Below are positions 61,701 through 64,000 of a stretch of 64,000 nucleotides of DNA, in pieces. This DNA is from Sphaerodactylus townsendi (taxonomy: Eukaryota). Within the stretch, counting starts at the first letter, position 1, and each line of letters begins with the position of its first letter. The DNA lies in NCBI RefSeq assembly GCF_021028975.2, contig NC_059436.1, positions 39,308,001 to 39,372,000 on the forward strand, written 5' to 3'. A program made the position numbers and the translations under genes. The notes under the pieces are model-generated. The model was not told where the DNA came from. It did not search any database and saw only the letters and a program-made list of their open reading frames with translations.

Positions 61701-63253
61701 TCCAAGTTTTTAAAGAAAATCCTTTGTGAACACTGAGAAAAATGGTAATGTTCTTTTTGCAACAGGTATTTGCGTTGCAGATGCACTTCAAGTGGAGGTA
61801 GTCAAGGACCTTTTCTTAAGTGTGAATATTCCTTACTCCGTTGTTCGAGGAGAACAAATTGAACTGAGGGGATCTGTTTACAATTACAGAAATATCAGAA
61901 GCAAGGTAAACCTCTTTAACCAGAAATGTTATTTGGAATGCTTTCATTAAAGGTGCTAGGTATGCCAGGGTTTCATTTGGAACTGGAATGCGGAATCTCA
62001 AACGTGTATTTATTAATATGGATTTGAACCTTTTATCTCCAAATCTGAAATGTGAAAGCTTCAGAATTTTTTTTGAATACCTTTTGGATTTGGCAGTTCT
62101 TAAATAAACTACTCAACAGAGGAAGAAGAGAAGAGTTTGGATTTATATCCCATCTTTCTCTCCGGTAAGGAGACTCAAGGCGGCTTACAAGCTCCTTTCC
62201 CTTCCTCTCCCCACATGAGACACCTTGTGAGGCAGCTGGGGCTGAGAGAGTTCTGAACCAACTATGACTGGCCGAAAGTCACTCAGTAGGTATGCAGGAG
62301 TGGGGAAACATATCCAGTTCATCAGATAAGAGTCTACCGATTGTGTGGAGGAGTGGGGAATCAAACCAGGTTCTTTAGATTGGAGTCCACCTGCTCTTAA
62401 CCAGTACACCACCGTGATTCTCAAATGATGTCAAATGCAAGATATACTGTACTAAATATCATTGTATACAGTCTTGAAATGTTGTCAGATATTTGATACC
62501 TTAGAATGTAAACTGCCAAATGGCACCAAATATGTTGAAAGGAATCTCAGGATTCAATGCTTTTAAGATACACTGTTGCCAGGCTTTCTTTCATATAAAG
62601 CTTATCCAAGTGAGTGTTCGGAAATGATATTTTAAAACCTGGTGAGAAGTTTGAGGGCACATTTGCTCCGGTGAGGGAAACAGGAGACAAGAGGGAAACC
62701 TCAAAAGGTAATAAGCCTTTCAATGTATCCTGATGCACTTCAAGAATCATCTCCATCGCAGGTGAACATCTTGAAAGAAATTCTCAGTCAGCAGAAAGAA
62801 TTTGCAAGAGACTTGCGAAGTCAAGGTGATTCTTGAAAGATGCTCGCAGGTTCACTTGCAAAGTCACCTGTGATCAAGATAATCCTTGAAGTGCATCGGG
62901 ATGTATTAAAATCCCTTTTGGGGTTTTCCTTTTTTTTTTATAGCAAGTTAGTGAGCCAGCTGACAAAATGTTCCCTTTCTGGACATATGTTTCAGTTTTG
63001 TAAAATTTTCAGTTGTAGAACTGGTGGAAGGAACGTGCCTATTTCAAAGGCGCTGCTGGGAATCAACCAGGAGACACCTGGAAACCAGCCACCACCAGAT
63101 GCGATGGCCCTCCCAGATGATTAGAGGGTTCTTCATGACACACCTCAGTAACATCCAAGGTTCTCCACACTGGGGCTGATTCTCCACACCCTCAACTTCA
63201 CACTCCTGAGCGAGGTTAACAGGGAAACTGTCGTGAGAACCTTAAGAGTTGTG
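20948..63253 (+). CDS. C5: Complement C5 precursor, exons 1-21 (signal peptide, beta chain, C5a, start of alpha chain); continues beyond the right edge
   Basis: Exons 1-20 join in frame with GT-AG boundaries. Peptides [43 protein letters not shown], anaphylatoxin [34 protein letters not shown] match recalled human C5; synteny with CNTRL. Exon 21 is disrupted as assembled. Confidence 0.97.
21863..22070 (+). mobile_element. tRNA-derived SINE, same family as 12848
   Basis: TAGCTGAGTGG A box, shared body TGCTACCAGTCTGA.TAG.CAAT and tail GATTCAG. Confidence 0.65.
22850..23450 (+). mobile_element. Decayed L1/Tx1-type LINE ORF2 fragment
   Basis: [18 protein letters not shown] Cys-rich C-terminal motif; boundaries approximate. 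Confidence 0.6.
23860..24395 (-). mobile_element. Non-LTR retrotransposon 3' end (RTE-X-like)
   Basis: [12 protein letters not shown]...RLCQC....[13 protein letters not shown] zinc-knuckle-like motif; clade assignment from memory. Confidence 0.6.
24430..25045 (-). mobile_element. L1-type LINE 3' fragment
   Basis: Minus strand [15 protein letters not shown]...TVECWEDK motif; boundaries approximate. Confidence 0.6.
25372..25510 (-). mobile_element. Penelope-like pLTR with minimal hammerhead motif (25458-25498)
   Basis: GTATTGTCGAAGGCTTTC terminus; minus strand CCT-CTGAAGA-T-GCC..GGC-GAAA-CG-TT-AGG. Confidence 0.75.
26418..26553. mobile_element. hAT-type MITE
   Basis: TIR CAGTGGTGGGATTCA / TGAATCCCACCACTG with an internal tandem duplication; TSD degenerate. 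Confidence 0.75.
26649..26841 (+). CDS. C5: C5 exon 2 (YVITAPK...SVTLT)
   Basis: ttatag acceptor, ACG|GTATGT donor, 193 nt. Confidence 0.95.
26941..27306 (+). mobile_element. Near full-length tRNA-derived SINE (Squam3-like) with (CCT)/(CTT)n tail
   Basis: A box TGGTGTAGGAGG, B box GGTTTGATTCCC, L2-like end GAGAAAGGGGGGATATAAAT, microsatellite tail 27228-27306. Confidence 0.85.
27621..28157. mobile_element. Non-autonomous hAT DNA transposon
   Basis: Ends CAGTGTGGGTGAACCT / AGGTTCGCCATCACTG; TSD TTATACAG / TTATACGG. Confidence 0.8.
28521..28751. mobile_element. hAT MITE, short relative of 52273-54187
   Basis: CAGAGGCGTATCTAGG...TATGCCCCTG ends; shares ATGGGCGGCC.CCCTCCCC..CATGACCAAACA; TSD 6/8. 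Confidence 0.7.
29050..29218 (+). CDS. C5: C5 exon 3 (IQPKDL...[11 protein letters not shown])
   Basis: ttccag acceptor, G|GTGAAC donor, 169 nt. Confidence 0.95.
29834..29982 (+). mobile_element. Tc2/pogo-like DNA transposon terminal fragment
   Basis: CCGTATATACTTGTGTATAAGTCGAC terminus with internal TATAAGTC repeats; other end not found. Confidence 0.55.
30133..30392 (+). repeat. 63-bp purine-rich tandem repeat, about 4 copies
   Basis: Unit translates as [21 protein letters not shown]. Confidence 0.85.
31092..31360 (+). mobile_element. Chimeric SINE: tRNA-SINE head joined to 5S-derived segment and RTE-type tail
   Basis: TGGTGCGGTGGTTAAG..CTTCGAATCC head, then CCTGGCAAATATTTGGATGGGAGACCTCCATGGAATAC, then GGGGTTGCCATAAGTCAG. 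Confidence 0.65.
31812..31882 (+). CDS. C5: C5 exon 4 ([24 protein letters not shown])
   Basis: ttccag acceptor, GTG|GTGAGT donor, 71 nt. Confidence 0.95.
32249..32332 (+). pseudogene. U1 snRNA 5' fragment (pseudogene), about first 85 nt
   Basis: CTTACCTGGCAGGAGGAACACCACGATCACAAAGGTGGTTTTCCCA...CCATTG aligns with U1 CTTACCTGGCAGGGGAGATACCATGATCACGAAGGTGGTTTTCCCA...CCATTG; Sm site absent. Confidence 0.88.
32397..32488 (+). CDS. C5: C5 exon 5 (DPEGVEVD...PDFKIPPYP)
   Basis: ataaag acceptor, AA|GTAGAT donor, 92 nt. Confidence 0.93.
32840..33030. mobile_element. Decayed MITE, same family as 49188-49395
   Basis: Shared TTACAACTGATCTC...GTTTCCCTGGA.AAAATG.CT...TGGCATTATA. Confidence 0.6.
33045..33181. 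mobile_element. Palindromic hAT MITE
   Basis: CAGGGGTGTCCAACTC / GAGTTGGACACCTCTG; TSD 6/8; core shared with 43485 and 51550. Confidence 0.8.
35235..35317 (+). CDS. C5: C5 exon 6 ([10 protein letters not shown]...VKEY)
   Basis: gtacag acceptor, G|GTAATG donor, 83 nt. Confidence 0.95.
36010..36149. mobile_element. Palindromic Harbinger-type MITE
   Basis: GGCTGATTCCGCATGGGCCAAAAACAGC / GCTGTTTTTGGCCCATGCAGAATCAGCC. Confidence 0.7.
37096..37186 (+). CDS. C5: C5 exon 7 ([16 protein letters not shown]...VKA)
   Basis: tttcag acceptor, AA|GTAAGA donor, 91 nt. Confidence 0.95.
37529..37669. mobile_element. PIF/Harbinger-type MITE, inverted copy of 3797-3937
   Basis: Near-identical reverse complement; TTG on both flanks. 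Confidence 0.8.
38112..38217 (+). CDS. C5: C5 exon 8 ([18 protein letters not shown]...FRE)
   Basis: ttcaag acceptor, GAG|GTACGT donor, 106 nt. Confidence 0.93.
39547..40137. mobile_element. Non-autonomous hAT transposon
   Basis: CAGAGGTGGGATCCA / TGGATCCCACCACTG, perfect 8-bp TSD AACATAAC. Confidence 0.88.
40800..42615 (+). mobile_element. Internally deleted CR1 LINE (ORF1 end, endonuclease start, 3' end)
   Basis: [12 protein letters not shown] (ORF1 esterase-like), [10 protein letters not shown] (APE), YCVQFWSPH (ORF2 C-term), tail GGTCTGATCCAGCATGGC-TTCTTATGTTCTTA. Confidence 0.8.
41496..41688. mobile_element. hAT MITE nested in CR1, short relative of 39547-40137
   Basis: Same TIRs, perfect 8-bp TSD ACTAGCAA. 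Confidence 0.88.
42679..42832. mobile_element. hAT MITE (CAGAGGCGTAGC family)
   Basis: CAGAGGCGTAGC / GCTACACCTCTG; sister at 61354. Confidence 0.78.
42942..43068 (+). CDS. C5: C5 exon 9 (MDDGVTEF...[10 protein letters not shown])
   Basis: tctcag acceptor, G|GTAATT donor, 127 nt. Confidence 0.95.
43485..43615. mobile_element. Palindromic hAT MITE
   Basis: Long inverted arms from CAGTGGTGGCGAACCCTTGGCACTCCAGATGTTAT; TSD 6/8. Confidence 0.85.
44087..44202 (+). CDS. C5: C5 exon 10 (GGHSVES...[23 protein letters not shown])
   Basis: tttcag acceptor, AAG|GTTGGT donor, 116 nt. Confidence 0.95.
45143..45280 (-). mobile_element. 3' fragment of Squam3-like SINE with (GAA)/(GAG)n tail
   Basis: Reverse complement of the 3' part of 26941-27306. 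Confidence 0.75.
45951..46151 (+). CDS. C5: C5 exon 11 ([11 protein letters not shown]...VLEFQ)
   Basis: Atypical purine-rich gaatag acceptor, CAA|GTGAGT donor, 201 nt. Confidence 0.9.
48269..48472 (+). CDS. C5: C5 exon 12 ([14 protein letters not shown]...SYLYIDW...HYSYL)
   Basis: ttccag acceptor, TTG|GTATGC donor, 204 nt. Confidence 0.95.
49188..49395. mobile_element. MITE with TAGGG.TGCCA termini (hAT Blackjack-like)
   Basis: TAGGGCTGCCA / TGGCAACCCTA; TSD degenerate. Confidence 0.65.
50026..50235 (+). CDS. C5: C5 exon 13 (ILSKGKIV...[16 protein letters not shown]...KCGNDIE)
   Basis: ttttag acceptor, GAG|GTGAGT donor, 210 nt. Confidence 0.95.
50373..50522 (+). CDS. C5: C5 exon 14 ([14 protein letters not shown]...KRPMER)
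   Basis: acacag acceptor, weak AGA|GTTACG donor placed by homology and phase, 150 nt. Confidence 0.88.
50538..50598. repeat. (GT)n microsatellite, about 30 units
   Basis: Direct reading. Confidence 0.97.
50923..51251. mobile_element. hAT (Charlie-like) MITE
   Basis: CAGTGTTTCCCAACC / GGTTGAGAATGGCTG, perfect 8-bp TSD GCCTAATC. Confidence 0.85.
51550..51684. mobile_element. Palindromic hAT MITE
   Basis: CACAGGTGTCAAAC / GTTTGACACATATG, perfect 8-bp TSD CATTAAAG. Confidence 0.85.
51733..51862 (+). CDS. C5: C5 exon 15 ([17 protein letters not shown]...EDSKEA)
   Basis: aaacag acceptor, G|GTGCTT donor, 130 nt. Confidence 0.95.
52273..54187. mobile_element. 1.9-kb non-autonomous hAT element with a large internal palindrome
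   Basis: CAGGGGCGTACCT / AGGAACGCCACTG, perfect 8-bp TSD CTTAGAAC. Confidence 0.85.
54967..55032 (+). CDS. C5: C5 exon 16 (beta/alpha junction [22 protein letters not shown])
   Basis: caacag acceptor, G|GTATTT donor, 66 nt; aligns to human [20 protein letters not shown]. Confidence 0.9.
55150..55502 (-). mobile_element. 5S-derived SINE, apparently interrupted
   Basis: GGTATTCCTTGGAGGTCTCCCATCCAAATA.T.GCCAGGG matches the 5S rRNA reverse complement; RTE-type tail at left. Confidence 0.7.
55879..56029. mobile_element. PIF/Harbinger-type MITE variant
   Basis: Same TIR family as 3797; TTA flanks. Confidence 0.75.
56520..56723 (+). CDS. C5: C5 exon 17 (C5a anaphylatoxin core and convertase site LAR-M)
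   Basis: tttcag acceptor, C|GTAAGT donor, 204 nt; six-Cys anaphylatoxin pattern. Confidence 0.96.
57974..58061 (+). CDS. C5: C5 exon 18 ([28 protein letters not shown])
   Basis: ttccag acceptor, AG|GTATGG donor, 88 nt. Confidence 0.96.
58550..58622 (+). mobile_element. Penelope-like pLTR terminal fragment, no hammerhead
   Basis: GAACACGGCCATACAGCCCGGAAACCACACAGCACCCCAGTGATTCCGG also at 60762; ends GAAAGCCTTCGACAATAC. Confidence 0.7.
58744..58815. repeat. (TCTG)n/(GCCT)n compound microsatellite
   Basis: Direct reading. Confidence 0.9.
58992..59037. repeat. (TTCA)n microsatellite
   Basis: Direct reading; abuts a SINE-like tail TTGGATTTATATCCCAC. Confidence 0.9.
59248..59518. mobile_element. 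Inverted pair of Penelope-like pLTRs, one hammerhead motif per strand
   Basis: Arms ~59284-59377 and ~59423-59517 are reverse complements. Confidence 0.8.
59426..59466 (+). ncRNA. Minimal type I hammerhead ribozyme motif
   Basis: CCU-CUGAAGA-U-GCU..GGC-GAAA-CG-UU-AGG; activity untested. Confidence 0.6.
60703..60830 (+). mobile_element. Penelope-like pLTR with hammerhead
   Basis: Reverse complement of the 977-1071 family; begins at the palindrome CTTCAGAGGATCCTCTGAAG. Confidence 0.78.
60707..60748 (+). ncRNA. Minimal type I hammerhead ribozyme motif
   Basis: UCCU-CUGAAGA-U-GCC..GGC-GAAA-CG-UU-AGGA; core intact; activity untested. Confidence 0.68.
61174..61250 (+). CDS. C5: C5 exon 19 ([25 protein letters not shown])
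   Basis: atgcag acceptor, G|GTATGT donor, 77 nt. Confidence 0.95.
61354..61497. mobile_element. hAT MITE (CAGAGGCGTAGC family)
   Basis: Perfect 12-bp TIR, perfect 8-bp TSD GACAAGTG. Confidence 0.88.
61766..61905 (+). CDS. C5: C5 exon 20 (GICVAD...[27 protein letters not shown])
   Basis: caacag acceptor, AAG|GTAAAC donor, 140 nt. Confidence 0.96.
62121..62412 (-). mobile_element. Near full-length Squam3-like tRNA SINE
   Basis: Reverse-complement similarity to 26941-27306, including A/B boxes. Confidence 0.8.
62996..63253 (+). CDS. C5: C5 exon 21, disrupted as assembled (frameshifts; in-frame TAG 63122 and TAA 63149)
   Basis: Starts FC after tttcag and ends [24 protein letters not shown]|GTAAGA; internal homology (VEGTC, TRC, LEGSS, SVT) is spread over three frames. 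Confidence 0.85.
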
Positions 63254-63841
63254 GTAAGATCCGAGTTCTTTACTTCAAAGCCTAGTCAACTTGCAGCACA
63301 TGTTCAGCCAAAGTTCATAATTATGGATCAATTGTGCATAATAGTGACATAAACAAGCCTCGGTTTAGCAGCTCCAGTCAAATGTGATTTCTGCTTGCCA
63401 CCACTTTATGACCGATGTGCTGCTACCAACTCTTTTGGGCAGATTTCTCCTCCTCCTTCCCCCTTAAGCTTATCTAACGCTTTTGAATGCTTAAAGTGTT
63501 TCACATTATCTTCTCTGTCTTTACAACATCTGCACTGTATTGGTATTCCCATATAGTGGCTGAGGTCTAAAGCCACTAAATGAATTTGTGGCAAAGGTGA
63601 GATTCAAAGTATGGATACTTCCAGAGTTCCATTTAGTCTTTCTTATTTTTATTACTGTTGATACCCTACCGCTCTCCCCGATTAGAATTCAAGCCAGCTA
63701 ATGTAATTCTCTCCTCCTTCACTTTTATCGTCATGTGATGGTCTGTACTGGTTTTTAAAAAGTCATTGAAGGGTTAATTTTTCTTTGACTACATTTTATC
63801 TTCTCACCAACCCTGAGAGGCAGGTTCGGAGGATTCTGCTT

Positions 63842-63990
63842 GGCCCCTTCCTTTTACACAAGATAATGCGTTTTTCAAACCACTTTCCCTGACTGTTTGC
63901 AAGTGGATTTTACTACATTTCTGCACTTGCGACTCAAAGAGCACTGAAAGCAGTTAGAAAGTGCATTATTCTGCATGTGCGGAATGAGCC
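63842..63990. mobile_element. PIF/Harbinger-type MITE, indel-rich copy of 3797-3937
   Basis: Same ends, many small indels. Confidence 0.75.
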
Positions 63991-64000
63991 TATATTTATT

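Noticed and set aside
20948-63253. Alternative identity as C3, C4 or a venom factor
   Set aside because: QEQT N-terminus, C5-like peptides, exon sizes and CNTRL synteny all indicate C5.
1-64000. CRISPR arrays, operons or prokaryotic defence systems
   Set aside because: The sequence is intron-rich vertebrate DNA with no repeat-spacer array.

Overview
Vertebrate genomic DNA. The repeat families (tRNA/L2-tail SINEs with (CTT)n tails, 5S/RTE-tail SINEs, Penelope pLTRs) point to a squamate, probably a gecko; this is inference. Two genes lie head-to-head, as in the mammalian C5-CNTRL locus. CNTRL (centriolin, - strand) contributes its first 9 coding exons (11126 to 387, continuing off the left edge). 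Complement C5 (+ strand) contributes coding exons 1-21 (20948-63253, continuing off the right edge). I checked GT-AG boundaries and phases by hand: they join cleanly for all CNTRL exons and C5 exons 1-20. C5 exon 21 is scrambled by frameshifts and stops, most likely from local read-quality problems, though a real lesion is not excluded. Between the genes are a CpG-island promoter, a solo LTR and a liver-type C5 promoter. Introns carry many hAT and Harbinger MITEs, SINEs, LINE fragments and a U1 snRNA fragment. Main leads: (1) minimal hammerhead-ribozyme motifs in Penelope pLTRs, two of them on the sense strand of one C5 intron; (2) a phase-compatible candidate alternative C5 first exon in the CNTRL CpG island that would lack a signal peptide; (3) the broken exon 21; (4) a non-canonical RSIR pro-C5 processing site and a C3a-like LAR end on C5a. 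Comparisons with human proteins and repeat families are from memory, not from database searches.
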